Assembly: GCF_009914755.1 (NCBI RefSeq)
Contig: NC_060929.1
Direction: 5' to 3' (one strand)
Origin: the human T2T-CHM13v2.0 reference genome, Homo sapiens
Length of the DNA stretch: 64,000 nt
The position numbers and the translations under genes were made by a program. This document shows, in pieces, positions 29,541-42,375 of this stretch; within the stretch, counting starts at the first letter, position 1; every line of letters begins with the position of its first letter. A model generated the notes under the pieces. That model did no database searches, was not told the origin of the DNA, and saw only the letters and a list, made by a program, of their open reading frames with translations.

Positions 29541-30424
29541 CCAGGCTCACAATAAGGGCTATATTCACCTTCTCTGGATCCTTCTGTTTCCTGTCTCATC
29601 CGACTAGATCCAGCTGAAGTCCCCTGCTTGTCAGTGGCTTCAGTGTCATTGATCTGATTTGGGAATGTGTTTCTTAGAAGAGTCTGATCTGTTGTAGAGT
29701 CTCATTTGTCCTTTAGAAACTTACAAGTTGATTTTTTTCTAGGATTTGCTTTGAACATTAAACCTTAAGAGAAAGGTGAAATCCCCAATGTCTTTCCAAA
29801 GCGGACCTCCTTTGAAAGATGCTTGTAAGCATTGGTTTTCCTCAAGCCAAGAGCCTAGTGAGCTTTAATTTTTGCCCCCAGATAGAAGTTTTAGGGGAAA
29901 CCTAAAATGAGTCTTGCACACGTTTACAACCCATGTCAGGGAGCTTAAGGTTACGAGTGCTTTTAGACTGACAATTACTCCTTCAAAGACTTGAAAAACA
30001 AGTAGCAGCTCTGTAATTTTGGCTCAGGAAATGAGTGCAGGAAACTCAAAACTTTACGTAAGCAGTCTGAAAATTTTAACTATTTTTAGAGGGCAAAAGT
30101 CTGTAATTCATAGGCAAATGAAACACAAAAATACCAAGAAAGTATGTTTGCAAAGAAAAGGAATGAGAGAAAAAGCTAATCAAGTAAGTATAGAATTAAT
30201 GTATTAATGTCAACCTGTTAAGACAGACATAATTCAAAAGGCTAAGAAATTAGCTATGTAAATGCAATATACTGAATTTGCCTGTGGACATTTTTGTGAC
30301 TGAATACGTCATAAAATCTACATGAAAAGACAGAAATATGGTGTATTCTTTCAAGAGAACAGAATGAAACTATCTTTACCAAAGGAGAAGATCTTCCGTG
30401 ATAGCTGAAAAAATAAGAAGCCCC

Positions 30425-30635
30425 ATTTATTGTGTTCACCCTGTGCCTGGCATTGGGCAAAGCATCTTTTATGTTTTAACATATTAAATTCTTATAGAAT
30501 CCAATGCCACATAATACTATTATAATGCTTATTTTACATATGAGAAAATCGACATTCAGAGAGGTTAAGTGATTCACCCAAGGTCACACAGCCAGGAAGT
30601 ATTGGAGCTGGGATTTGAAGCCAGGTCTACTGAAT
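30425..30635 (-). mobile_element. MIR SINE
   Basis: CAGAGAGGTTAAGTGATTCACCCAAGGTCACACAGC...GAGCTGGGATTTGAAGCCAGGTCT. Confidence 0.85.
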
Positions 30636-30659
30636 TATGCAACTCCTTCCCCACCAAAT

Positions 30660-30715
30660 ACACACACAAGCACACACACACACAAGCACACACACACACA
30701 AACACACACACACAC
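30660..30715. repeat. (CA)n microsatellite, interrupted
   Basis: Direct reading. Confidence 0.95.
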
Positions 30716-31118
30716 TTAAATTCCATGCCCAAGCCTCCCCCTCCCCCAAGCATAGTGAGCCATTTCACACCTTCAATTTGGGACCCCTTGTCCTCTCCCA
30801 CCACAGCCTGGTAAACACCTGCCCACCTATGTCTCAAGGCTTAGCTTACGTTATTGTCAACAGAAATCTTTCTGAACACACAAATCACTGCCACCACCCC
30901 TCTTCTCTCTCCTTTCTTTCTCTCTTCCCCAGTGTAGAATCCGTCATACTGTCTGGGTTATAAGTTCCATAAGGAGCAGAATTATTTTCCTTAGAAAGCT
31001 CTGAAGTCCCGGTCACCAGCACAGTTCCTGACACAGGGAAGACCTGCAGCAATCGTCTGCTGAATGAATAAAGAATGAATTGACTCTTCCTGCCTCTGGC
31101 TCTTTTAGTTCTACACAC

Positions 31119-31326
31119 CAGTTGTTCTCAATCAGGAGTGGTTTTGCTCCTGTGGGGACGTTTAACAATGTCTGGAAACAATTTCTGTCATTACTCATGG
31201 GGTGCCACTAGCATCTAGTGGGTAAAGGTCAAGGATGCTGCTAACTTCCTTCCATGCAGGTATAGCCCCTACAGCAAAGAATTACCTGGCCCAAGATGCC
31301 AACAATACCAAGAGTGAGAGACCCTG
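31119..31326 (+). mobile_element. MER20 (hAT-Charlie)
   Basis: CAGTTGTTCTCAA...AATGTCTGGAAACA...GCATCTAGTGGGTAAAGGTCAAGGATGCTGCTAA...GAGAGACCCTG. Confidence 0.9.
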
Positions 31327-31394
31327 CCTGCTCCACACCCTCTGTCCCAACAGCTGCAACATGCCTGGTTATCCGCCCACAGTGGACTCTAAGC

Positions 31395-31477
31395 CCTAAA
31401 GGCAGAGACCTGGCATCACTTTGTCTTGTTTGACCCAGCACCTAACACATTGAATGAATGCATAAATGAATGAATGA
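31395..31477 (+). mobile_element. L2 3' end (a similar end lies at ~31010-31085)
   Basis: GGCAGAGACC...CCCAGCACCTAACACA...TGAATGAATG tail. Confidence 0.6.
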
Positions 31478-32876
31478 GAAGCATTAGACAATTAAGGAAG
31501 ATGCAGACGTGCCAGGCTGAAATTCAATTACATGGGGGCCGAACTGGGGAGTTAAGTTTGGGGCCACTTGTCATCTTATTAGCTGTGTTGAAATGTTTTC
31601 ATGCTGCATCATTGCTATTGGCCCTCAAAAGGCCATAAGGGAAAAAAAGAATCAAATCAAAATACCACCTACTGGTTTTGTTTGACAGATGCAGCCCTGG
31701 AGAATTGTATTCTCATTAACACTGTTCGACTTCTGTATTACAATGAGACTTTTAAGGTGGTGATGGCAAAATCCTGTAGTTGTTCATAAATATACACTTA
31801 ACCATGTGTGGCTCAGGAAAGAGAGGAAGTGTTGCTGTAAACTCTGAGTGATAACACAAAGCTGTTGTAGTGGATGAGTGAAGAGTCACATCTATGCCTT
31901 TTAACATTAAGAACAAGTAGAGATATTTTAGAAGAAATGAGAGTTATTCAAAGGAAATATCTCAGACTAGATTCTTTGATTATTAGTTAAATAGAAACAG
32001 ACAAGGGAGAAAGGTAAATGTTATGAGAATAAGAAAAACGCTGTTAATTGTATGAAGTTCAAAGTCCTCAGTATTTTCAAATGCATTATCTTACTGGATG
32101 TTCGTCATGATGTGTGACATGGGTATCGTCTGCACTTGATTCCCAGAAGTTCACATTTCAAGAGACTGTATCCTGGAAGGATGAATGGCAATTCCCAAAG
32201 ACCTGCAGCAAGCAGGGAACACGGGATGGAGGGGTCCCCCCTCTTCTTGGTGCAGTGGGCACAGCAAGGGCATGTCAGAAAAACGGCTCTGTGACCCTGG
32301 CAGAGCCAGGAAATAAAGGGGGAATGCAGGGAGTGGCTTCCAAGTCCAGCATTTCACTGTGTCGTATTTAAACAGCCAGTCAGAAGATGAACCTATGAAA
32401 AAAAAACTGTTAATTGTAAACGTGGGTGTAAGAGACAGGAGATGCGATGAGAGCTCCTTATCACAGTGTAGTGCAATAAATGCGCTGAGCCTCTGACTGG
32501 CTCATAACGGGCTCTGTCTCCCAGCTGTGGAATTGACTAAGCACTAGGGCTTTCTGTTCATAATTCTTCCAGGGAAGAAAAGGCAACAAAGAGTGGTCTG
32601 TTCCTCTGGGGTTTTGTTTGTTGTTTCTTGTAACAATTGAGACTTTCACAAAGAATAGGCAAAGTGTGGGTTCATGCCAAAAACCACAGAATAGTCCAGG
32701 ATGACTGTGAGCCTCTATTGGTCTAGCTACCTTTAGTTCAGGATTTTCAAATAATACCATAGATTTTCAGTATTGTGGAGAAAAAGGATACAGATGGTTA
32801 AAATATGCATTTTCGCCAAAAAAAAAAAAAAATCAACCCTTGATATTTGCTGTCACTTGATGTAGAAATTGATGCT

Positions 32877-33179
32877 GGCCGGGCACACTGGCTAACGCCT
32901 ATAATCCTAACACTGAGAAATCAAGGTAGGAGGATTGCTTGAGCCCAGGAGTTCGAGACCAGCCTGGGCAACAAAACGATACCCTGTCTCTATAAAAAAA
33001 ATTTTTTTAACTGGCTGTATGTGGTGATGCATGCCTGTAGCACCAACTACCTGGGAGGCTGAGGCAGGAGGATCTCTTGAGCCCAGGAGATCAAGGTTGC
33101 ACTGAGCTATAATTGTACCACTGCACTCCAGTCTGGATGGATGACAGAGTGAGACTCTGTCTCAAGAAAAAAAAAAAGA
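32877..33179 (+). mobile_element. AluJ
   Basis: AGGATTGCTTGAGCCCAGGAGTTCGAGACCAGCCTGGGCAAC (J diagnostics); perfect 13-bp TSD AGAAATTGATGCT at 32864-32876 and 33180-33192. Confidence 0.95.
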
Positions 33180-33503
33180 AGAAATTGATGCTAACATCCT
33201 CGCAAAGATGTGAAAGATGTGTTTTCATATGTTTAATAAGATAACTTTGGACTTTGATCTCAGCCCACAATTATGATGATTATGAATATATTAGCTCTGA
33301 GTGGTCTCTTTTTATCAAGCATAATTACATCGCATAAGCAAATATGCTTGAAGTTATAAAACTCAAAATAGGAGTCAATCCTAGTGAGGCATGGGGATGT
33401 TGCTAGCAGTCAATAAATGGCCATTTCCTGTCATCTTTTCCTCCGATCTTCCTTCATCCTTTTAGCAACTCTTCCTATGTGAGTTATACAGCGTTTTCAA
33501 AAA

Positions 33504-33808
33504 GGTGTGCATCGTGGCACATGCCTGTAATCCCAGCACTTTGGGAGGCTGAGGTGGAAGGATCACTTGAGACCAGGAGTCCAAGACCAGCCTGGGCAAT
33601 ATAGTGAGACCCCATCTCTATAAAAAATAAAAAATTAGATAAATGTGGTGGCTCACACCTGTAGTCCTAGGTACTCAGAAGGCTGAGGCAGGAGGATTGT
33701 TTGAGCCCAGGAGTTTGAGGTTGCTGTGAGCTACGATCGCGCCACTGCACTCCAGCCTGGATGACAGAGCAAGATCCTGTCTGTAAAAAAAAAAAAGAAA
33801 AAGAAAAA
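33504..33808 (+). mobile_element. AluJ
   Basis: GGATCACTTGAGACCAGGAG...CTGGGCAATATAGTGAGACCCC...GAGCCCAGGAGTTTGAGGTTGC...A tail. Confidence 0.93.
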
Positions 33809-35544
33809 TTTTTTAAAAAAGGAAAAGGTTCTGCTGCCCCCAGTGACAGATGCACAAGTGAAACCAGAGGGATATCCAGAGCAGGCAGAGTTTGGTAACC
33901 CTGGACTCCTGACTCCTCAACTATGGATTGGCCTGTGTGTCCACTGTTGAAAAGACAATTATTGAAAAGGAAGCCTAGGTAGGCTCCGAATACAAGCATA
34001 TGAAATGGCCTCTTCCACTCCACGTTTCAGGTGGTTGGGCACCGTCTGCCCAGTAGATTTAGAGGCCATTGCAGCTGCCTTCCCACTGGAGTTGTCAGTG
34101 AGTTATCAGAGAGCCAGGATCAGGTGGATCGTGCTTGCTGGTGGCCACACAGACCCATATGGCTTCTGCCCTCTATGGCTGTCCAAGGCACCTGGCTGCT
34201 GTGTGTTGTAGGAGCTGCTGGTGGGGAGGCCTGGTCCCCATTCACATCCCAGTACGTGCCCACAGTTGTGCTGTAGCACCAGTGCCCCGAATTGGAAGTG
34301 CAGAGGGTCTGTTCAGAGAGAAATTCTGTTCGCGAAGGTTCCTGAACAGCAGGCGATGGTTGGTAATTATGCGCCTGCCAGTACATAAAGCTCAGCCAGT
34401 TCTTTCCAGGCATTTCTGCCCCATCTGCAAAACATGTACATGGGATGCCCAAGGAGAGGAGCAGATCTTCCAGGAGAGCCTGGGGGAGGTTAAGTGGAAG
34501 GAAATGTGCCTCAGAGGCTAAGGGAACGTTTCAGTTGATCCACCATTAAGAGGCTTAATGAAGAGTAATTGAGGCTGGAAGTGTGAGAGCTGCCACAGGT
34601 CCAACTGAGGCCAGCATCACCCCGACTCCTGGTTGTCTTCCATCTGCTCCTCCCCTCTGATGCCAGATATTCCACATTTGCCAGGGCTTCCCAAGATACT
34701 GTCACATGGGCAGTGTTGCCTGGTTTCTTCTTCTGCATAGTCCAGAGCCGTCTTGTGCCGTCATAAGATGGGTCAGTCCCTTTTGACCACTGCAGAGACA
34801 AGTGCTCTGTCCTTGGGAGCAGAACACGCCTGGTCACTGTGAGGGAGCGTGGCCCTCTTCACTGGCCCCACCCCCTCCCGGGATCGTGTGACAAAGCACC
34901 TGCCCTGACCTCTACCCTCTCTTGGACCTCGAGGATGGGTCTCTTCTTCCATGAAAATGTCCACCGTCACCTCACAAAATGGTGCTGAAGTGACATGAAT
35001 TCCAATAAATTCACTAATGGCTCTGGAACTTGAATTTTAAAAAATAGAGTTTTAAATATTAGTAGAAATATACAAATATACACATCTCTCTATAAATATA
35101 TTTATCTTCCCTGTTATCACAGAGGAATTTGAAGTGATAATTAAAGGCATTCTTTTGAGGGAGGGAAAGGAAGTTCGAACAGTATATTGCCTCAGGGAGA
35201 GAATGCTTGGCTGTGAATTGATGCCCTTTTGGTAAGGCCGTCCCCTCCTGCGTGTCTCAGGAACTGGGGCAGAGATTTCTCTGCAGCACTGTGGAATGAG
35301 CAAGTTCAGATTCAGCCAGTGCTGTGTGGGGGTTTGTAAAGACAGCACCCCCCTCCCCTAAAAGGCTGCCAGCCCCAGGCTGCCCTATCTGTTTGGTGCC
35401 AGAGCTGAATTGTTCTGCATCTGGGCAGTGAGGCTGCCCCCACCCTGCTGGTGGCCAGTGCATTGCATTGATTCAGACATCAGAAATCCCCACGACTCTG
35501 TGTGTTTTTAATAAAGATGGTAGGAAACAGAATTCCCAGTGACG

Positions 35545-35577
35545 TTCTAACCTGGTTTTTCTTCTCATCTCACGCAG
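35545..35577 (+). promoter_or_regulatory. UBE2QL1: 3' splice site (branch point, polypyrimidine tract, AG) of the UBE2QL1 last exon
   Basis: TTCTAAC CTGGTTTTTCTTCTCATCTCACGCAG|GGA. Confidence 0.9.
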
Positions 35578-35709
35578 GGACGGATCTGTAGAAAAGCTGG
35601 CAAATCAAAAAAGTCCTTCAGTCGCAAGGAAGCTGAAGCTACCTTTAAGAGTTTGGTGAAGACGCATGAAAAATATGGTTGGGTCACCCCGCCCGTGTCC
35701 GACGGCTGA
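35578..35709 (+). CDS. UBE2QL1: UBE2QL1 terminal coding exon (C-terminal 43 aa plus TGA), ubiquitin-conjugating enzyme E2Q family-like 1
   Basis: Translates to GRICRKAGKSKKSFSRKEAEATFKSLVKTHEKYGWVTPPVSDG*. This matches the UBE2QL1 C-terminus as I recall it and is homologous to the UBE2Q1/2 ending [20 protein letters not shown]. It is too short and lacks an ATG, so the ORF track missed it. Confidence 0.95.
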   Translation, partial: GRICRKAGKSKKSFSRKEAEATFKSLVKTHEKYGWVTPPVSDG

Positions 35710-36932
35710 TGTCTGCCACGTGCAGTAGACGCTCGAGCGCCTGTCCACACACACACCAGTACCCTGACATCTCCTCAATGCTGTGCATCCTCCACCCGTT
35801 TTTACTCCAGCCAGAACTGCATCCTGAATGCCCAGGAGACGTTTAAGTTATTTATGAAAAGATGTGTGTACAGAGAGGAAGAGGGAGCAAATGCCGTTCG
35901 GATTATGTTTCGATTATAAATGAATGATCACCTCGAAGTCACTTTAGAACACATGTTGAGATGGTGACATTTCCCAGCCTGCCTGCCCCTCTGCCCACCC
36001 CGGTCACATTGCCCTGAGCTTCTTTCCATGACAGCAGCTCCGACGAGCCGGCAGGAAACTCAATGCCCCTGCTGGCTCCATTTCCATGTAAATGGCGCCG
36101 TTCATATTTCACAGGGACGCCGTGCATCTCCGCCGTGCGTCCCCGGCACGTGTTTGCTGTGCTCTGTATCTCTGTTTTTCTTCCTGGAAGGTCAACATAA
36201 CTTGAAAATGTGTCTTTCTGTGGCCCATGGTCCGCTGTGATGACATTTAGACCTCATTTGTGCTATGACCTTTGGCTCATGAAAACACAAATTTAACATT
36301 GCCAGGTTCTAGTGATTTAAAACCACAACTGCCCACTTGGTGAAAACGTGCTCTCGATGCTGATTTGTGGTGTGCTGCTGTCCACAGATAAACCAGTGCC
36401 ATTAGATGGAAGGCAGAGGATACTGCGACCACCCCTGGCAGACGGTGGCGTAGACACCAGGTGCGCCCTCTGGGGCTCAGAGCAACGGATGGTCAGCTGC
36501 GAACAGTCTCGTCCGATGTTAGGAAATGGTCCTACGGCCGCGCCTTTGTGTTCCTGTCTTCTCTCCACCACCAAAAGCAAAAGATGATTTCCCATTCACT
36601 GCAGTCATCTGACTCATTTTAATATCTGTGCTAGTGACAATGAATGTCAGAACTGCCAAAGGATACCAAGTGATCATACGATGATTTGCATGATCGGGTC
36701 TATTTCACCCAATAGTCACTTGTGTGTCCCCCGAAATTGGGATGGGTGAGCACCCTTGCTGTGGTGTAAACTTCCTGTTATTTAATCTCCCCCACGGTTT
36801 CATTTTTCTCTTCTGTTAATACTTAGAACTTTCTAAGAAACTCCATGAAATGAGGAAATACTGTTTCTAATAATATGAGGAAAGAAGTAAAAATGTTCAT
36901 TCCAAGTGGCAAGTCTTATTGGACACATTTTA

Positions 36933-36938
36933 AATAAA
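36933..36938 (+). terminator. UBE2QL1: proximal polyadenylation signal AATAAA
   Basis: ACATTTTAAATAAAATCATGCA in an AU-rich context ~1.2 kb after the stop codon. Confidence 0.55.
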
Positions 36939-38819
36939 ATCATGCATACCTGATACACTGCCTCAAGGATCCAGTCATTGTGGGCTATCCTTCCATTTAA
37001 AATATTTCAGATATTCTTAAATTTTTTAAATATTGCAAATACTACAACATGTAATTCCAGAGCAGCGTTCTAAGTCAGGTACCAGAAATGAGTCTTAGGA
37101 ACCCATAGTCTTTGCAAAAATTCAGTAGATTGAAATAGTCCCCAGAAGCAGCCAAGGAGCTGAAGGGATGATTCGATCAAGTTCAGATGTTGCCAATTGT
37201 ATCTTACTGCTGTGAAGGAGGAAAAGTCTTCCGGGATAATGTATTCAATTCTTCAGGCAGTTTTGTCTACTTGGGGACCTGCCCATTGGTTCAAGGTTTT
37301 CAGAGATCCAAGAGGCCTTGCCTCAAAGAACAAGGATTGGCGCCTTTCAGCAGGGCTGCCCATTCACCAAACTTATTGTTACTTTTGTTTTTCTTTACCA
37401 CTTTCTTATTTGCCCCCAAGTGCACACAGGCAGCTCTGCCAGACCAAAATGACAGTGTATTAAGAATGCAGGGCCTGCTCAGCTTCCCTGTGAGTCATAA
37501 TAGTCGTGAAACTTGATGACAGTGAACTTACGATGTTCATTCATCCAACCCTCTATGGTGGCATTCTCCATCCTGGAAACCTGACATTTGGCTGACGGTC
37601 TTTGGACCCTGGAGCTAGTGGTCATCATGGAATTACACTGTGGAGATGAAAGACCTAGGACAGAAACATCTTGCTAGGGAAAGCACCTGAGTTTATTCCT
37701 TTCTAAATATTTTCCTCTTCTAATGAAAACTAAAAGCAGCTTTACTTTAGGGGGAAAAATATATCCAAAGGCAGGTCATTTCAGTAGTGTTTATTAGCTG
37801 ATTGAAAAACAGGTTCACGGTGCTCTCTGAGAACTGCACCAAGGGGTGCAGCCAAGAGACTGGTCTGACCCCGGGTTGGGCTGGGTGGCAGCCGGCGACA
37901 GAGCAGAGAGACACTCAGCTCAGTGTCGCTCCTTCCATACACTCAGAGTTTGATTTTTCTTGCATGGCATTTCCATTAGGTTTGTTAGAAACTTATAGAA
38001 GAAATCAATTCTTTAGTGAACGAAATACCATTTTTCACTCAATTGGTAAGAATTTTTCATTTTAAAAGCAGTAGGAAGTGATGTAAAACTCTACCATTGC
38101 TTGGACTGTTAGGAGTGCGGACTCCCTTTCTGGTAGACTCCCTTCGTAGGCAAGCACGGTGGTGCCCAGCCATGGAGGCACCCTTAGGACACTGAGCACA
38201 GGCCTGGCTGCCTGTGCCTTGGCCACAGCCTCCTTCCACCCCACTGAAGTGGACACCTGCCTCTGGAGCCCAGGGTGAGAAGGAGAGGCCTGAAGCCTGG
38301 GGCCACGTTCCCACACAAGCCAAGGAACCTATTCCTCTTTGGACAGACAGCGAGGGAATAATCAGACAGTGGGTGCAAATGTTCATGTCCCGATAGCTCC
38401 ACACACCCATGTATCTGTGGGAACTCAAACCAAGCCAGAGCCCACAGAGCCAAACAAACAGAAAATCACAAACCCATCTGTCCTCTTCTCAATGCAGAAC
38501 TCCTTCCCGTCCAATAATTTTCCTGAACCAATCACCCTTGTTATTGGGTATCTTCTCCACTGCTGGGTAAGGCCTGCACATGGTCTGTCTGTAACTTTCT
38601 AGAAGACTGAGAACTGCTTATGCCTTAGGGAGTTCTATGTGAGCAGCAAGGTTATTCCCCCTAGTTACACACACACGCACATGTGCCAATACTCCTGCAA
38701 AGACTTGCTGTTTCTAAAATCCACTACTCAGAAAAACCAGGGTGTCGGCTTAAAGTTTTCAGCTCCATCTATCAAAATTTGACCTTTTTTTAAGAGAAAA
38801 ATATGTAGATGAGTGAAAA

Positions 38820-38990
38820 AGACCTAGGATTGAAAGACAAAAAGCCATGTGTCCATGTAACCCTGGCCAGTCACTCCACCTGCCTGAGCCTTGGTTTCCT
38901 CAGCTGTGAGCTCCTACCAGGTCAGTGTGGGAATTGGCCAAAATGACGCAGCAGAAGTGCTTTGGAGACTAAAGATTGTCAACGAAATGT
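38820..38990 (+). mobile_element. MIR fragment within the 3'UTR
   Basis: TGTAACCCTGGCCAGTCACTCCACCTGCCTGAGCCTTGGTTTCCTCAGCTGT. Confidence 0.6.
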
Positions 38991-40719
38991 AAGTGTCATT
39001 TTCGTAGTATTAGGACGTTTACATTACAGCAGGCTTTAATTAGAACCCACTTAGATATCGACTCAGAATGATCAATTACAGTGGTTAAAATACACATACC
39101 TGGTAATCATATACTTGCTTTCTGTCCCCAGTTCTTACATTAAGTCAACCAACTGACCCAAAAATCAACCAATAACTAACTGGCCATCTCTCCACTCACT
39201 CAGCATTCTCCTCTTAAATGCAGGGCATGCAGAAGATTAAGGTACAGCCCCTTCCCTGGATAGGAACTCAAAAGATAGGAATAGCGCACAGGCACCAGCA
39301 CCAAGCAAGGCAAGTGCCAAATTGCACTGCAGAAATTAAAGACATGTGCAAGTCCAGAGATTTTCTGACTGAAAACCAGAAAGATTTCATGGAGTAAATC
39401 AGGTTTGAGCCATGGCTGGGCAAAGGGAAGGAGAAGGGCAGGTGTAGCAGGTGTAGAAATGGGAGGGGCTGAGGGCACCTTGAAAGGGAGCGTGGACTCT
39501 GTCCTCACTGGCCCTGAACGGGAGAACTGGAGTCCCCTTGCCACCTCTCACCTGCAGAGTCCCTATTCATGGAGCTGATTTCAGGAAGCAGGACACGGTC
39601 CCACCTGACAGCCTAGCCTGGCGTGTGGAGCTTGCCCTGTGTGTAGCAATTATATTTCAGTGTACCCATCCAATAGCATGCGAAATTTTAATGGAATTTG
39701 CTTTCTAAAGGGGCAGAGCTTACTTCCTGACTGTAGTGAGGGTAGAGCCACTGAATCTGGAAGACCACTTAGCCTAATTTTACACCCTCTGCAGTGAAGG
39801 AGGCGAGCCCAGAGACTTTGAGGGGCTTGTCCACAGTAGGACAGGAGCCACAAGGCCACTGCCTTACTGTGGCTTTCTGATCCTTTATGTTGCTTCATGA
39901 GACTATTAGGCAATTCATGTGGCCCTCACCAAACACACACTCTTCACCCCATCATTGAATCAGTACAGTTGCAAGTCTTCCAAGCCAGCTGAGAAACACC
40001 CACAGGATCCATTCTGTGCCCAAAGCAAATTGGAGCAAAGGGCAGAAATTCCCTCCAACTGTTTTGGGAAGCTTCTGTAAGGGGCTTGGAGCTCAGCCTA
40101 TGGGACTGTAGTCAGAACTTTGTAATTTTTTTCTCCAAAGACAGTGAAATCATGTACAGCTCTGTTCTTAGTTTTCTGCTAGGTTCTACTTATCCTTCTA
40201 ATTTTTGCAGCCTCTAGTTCCCATAGTATTAAATATCATTTTTAAGCCCAGGGCCTGTCTGATCCACAGAATGTGGTCAATAATCTGGAAAGGCAAACAA
40301 ACTCTGTTGACATTCGGGAAAGCAATAAGTAATGTTAGTTTGGTTCCAGAAGAAACACGGGAGCAAAGTGTGCTGGCCAAACAGCAACAATCAAAGCAGA
40401 GGGGAGCAAGATTTTCTTTCAAGGTCATGATAAGGCTAGACAAATAGAGTGCAATGAGGGGGTCAGGTGCGAGGCCGTCCTCCCAGGTCAGTAAGGCCGC
40501 ATGGAGGGATAAAGAGATCCCTGCACTGCCCCCAACCGCCAATTCACCCTGTGTCTCTCGCAGAATTAAAGCCAGGAGGTGGCTTTCTCTTTCCTTCTAC
40601 TGGTGGTAAATTAAGTGACTGTCCTACTTTGTAGACATGCAATCGTTTTGTACCTCTAGACCTTGGGCAGTCACTGGTGATGACACTAATTGAACTAACA
40701 CAGAAACTGCTGTCACCTG

Positions 40720-40865
40720 ATGTGCTTGGTTTCATTCCTGCCTGCCTTCTCTACAACGTGACTTCATTTCATGAATGTGGTTGCCATTATGACAGTGCTA
40801 GGATGCTGATCTGTACACCATGAGTGACTGCGAACTTTCAGACTCTCACCGCAATTCATGGGGAG
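40720..40865 (+). repeat. 146-bp direct duplication, copy 1 (partner 43468-43613)
   Basis: Ungapped alignment with 7 mismatches. Confidence 0.97.
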
Positions 40866-41045
40866 ACTTTGGTGTATCCTGTTTCCAGAGTTGTCCTCTT
40901 CTGTGATCCTCAAAAGAAGAGAAAAAAACGCATGTGGCATAAATCAACAGGAAAGAAATGTTTACCACTGGAAGATGGTGAGTGCATGAGTCAAATAATC
41001 TAGAGGCACTGCCCTAATGAGAAAAAAAAAACAATGATTCTAGAA

Positions 41046-41068
41046 AATAAAACTTTAAAACCAATAAA
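41046..41068 (+). terminator. UBE2QL1: distal tandem polyadenylation signals (AATAAA at 41046-41051 and 41063-41068)
   Basis: Two canonical hexamers followed by GU-rich TGCTTGCTGTGTCC...TCTGTGTT. Confidence 0.75.
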
Positions 41069-42375
41069 CGTCTTTACACGGAATGCTTGCTGTGTCCTCG
41101 CATGGTCTGTGTTCAGTAATTCTCAGGATTTATCTGGGTCTCCACATGTGTTCTCCCCACGGGCCATGGTGAGTGACTTTCTGTCACTTGGCACCCTCTG
41201 ATCTTGTGTCCCTTGACTCATTCGTGGTTTGCCAAATGAAAACCTTGAAGTATATCATGCGTATTCTCCACAAAAATCAATGAAATGTAACTGAACCAAA
41301 TCTAATTAATCTAATCAGTGTGATTTAGATTTCTCCTTCAGCTGCCATTTGCATTATAAAGATGCTTAAACATTATTGACAAAGATTTCCATTAAAGTTT
41401 CTCAATATAAGTGAAATAGTGTGCTTAGCACAAAACTGTAGCCTAAACTACTACTGAACTATAGAGCTATTTCTTTGGAGAACTTACAGAGTAACAATTC
41501 TGGAAAATGACAATTTTCAAGTGCCCTAAGCACAATTTATCGAAGAGGTACTTCAGCTCACTTTTCATACTAACATGTATGTTGGTATTCAGTTTTTGTT
41601 TTAAGCTGTTTACCCGAGGAATTTCTCAGCCCTAGTCAATATTCAAGATCATTTTCTAATCAAGAGAGTATTTTTTAAAATCTCAAAATGTGGCTATTTT
41701 AGTACTGAACAGGGCTGGGCTGTTGATCAGATCAGAAAACCACGCCTCTTATCACATGTAGATAAGGCACTCAGCCTTACACCCAGACACTTGGCTTGCA
41801 CCTTCCAAACTGAAATTCTGCAGTGCATGTCTACTGCTGAGGGCTGTAGTGACAAGACAGGAAATGTGTGGGAAGCAAGAGCCCAGGGCCTGATGTGTAA
41901 CTAGAACTCAGTACATTATTGTACAAATAACAGTGAGATTGATTTGACACAGTCAAGTTGACCACTTGAGTTGGCTGTTGGGATCCACTTTCAGGCTGTT
42001 CATTTCATCCAGGTGAATTTGCATCCTTTCCTTTGGGTGAAAGCATGAAAGATACACCGTCAATAGGGCATTGACTCTGAACTTGTGGGGTGATGGAGAT
42101 GGAAGTGTGCCAAATCACAAACTCTCCCCAGAGTGCATCCAGCCTCAGCTGTGTCAGAGAGTTATAGGCAGTGGTCTGGGTGATCTGTGTCCAGGGACGT
42201 ATTTTTCTTAAGGCCAAAGTAAAAGGCCCAGCAGGATTGAACAGAGCCCTGGCCTTTCACGTTGACAATTCAAGGTGTGTTCTGTGTCAGTAGGATAGGT
42301 GCAGGGCAGAGCTATATAAAATTCATGCTCTCCAGCTCTTCTTTGCCACTTAGGTGTTTGTCTTAAGAGAGGTCT

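Larger units (their letters stand above)
35710..41085 (+). other. UBE2QL1: UBE2QL1 3'UTR, long form ~5.4 kb (short form ends near 36955)
   Basis: Follows the stop codon, is Alu-free, and ends at tandem AATAAA with a downstream GU-rich element. The exact cleavage site is inferred. Confidence 0.75.

Noticed and set aside
35707-35850. Stop-codon readthrough or selenocysteine at TGA (frame stays open ~45 codons; CGCTCGAGCG palindrome at 35730-35739)
   Set aside because: UBE2Q-family proteins end at the homologous DG. The context TGA-TGT is not the TGA-CTAG readthrough motif, and no SECIS was recognised.
36461-36476. CTCF-like motifs (here, and at ~10860, ~21225 and ~24400)
   Set aside because: Each has mismatches at informative positions; not supportable without ChIP data
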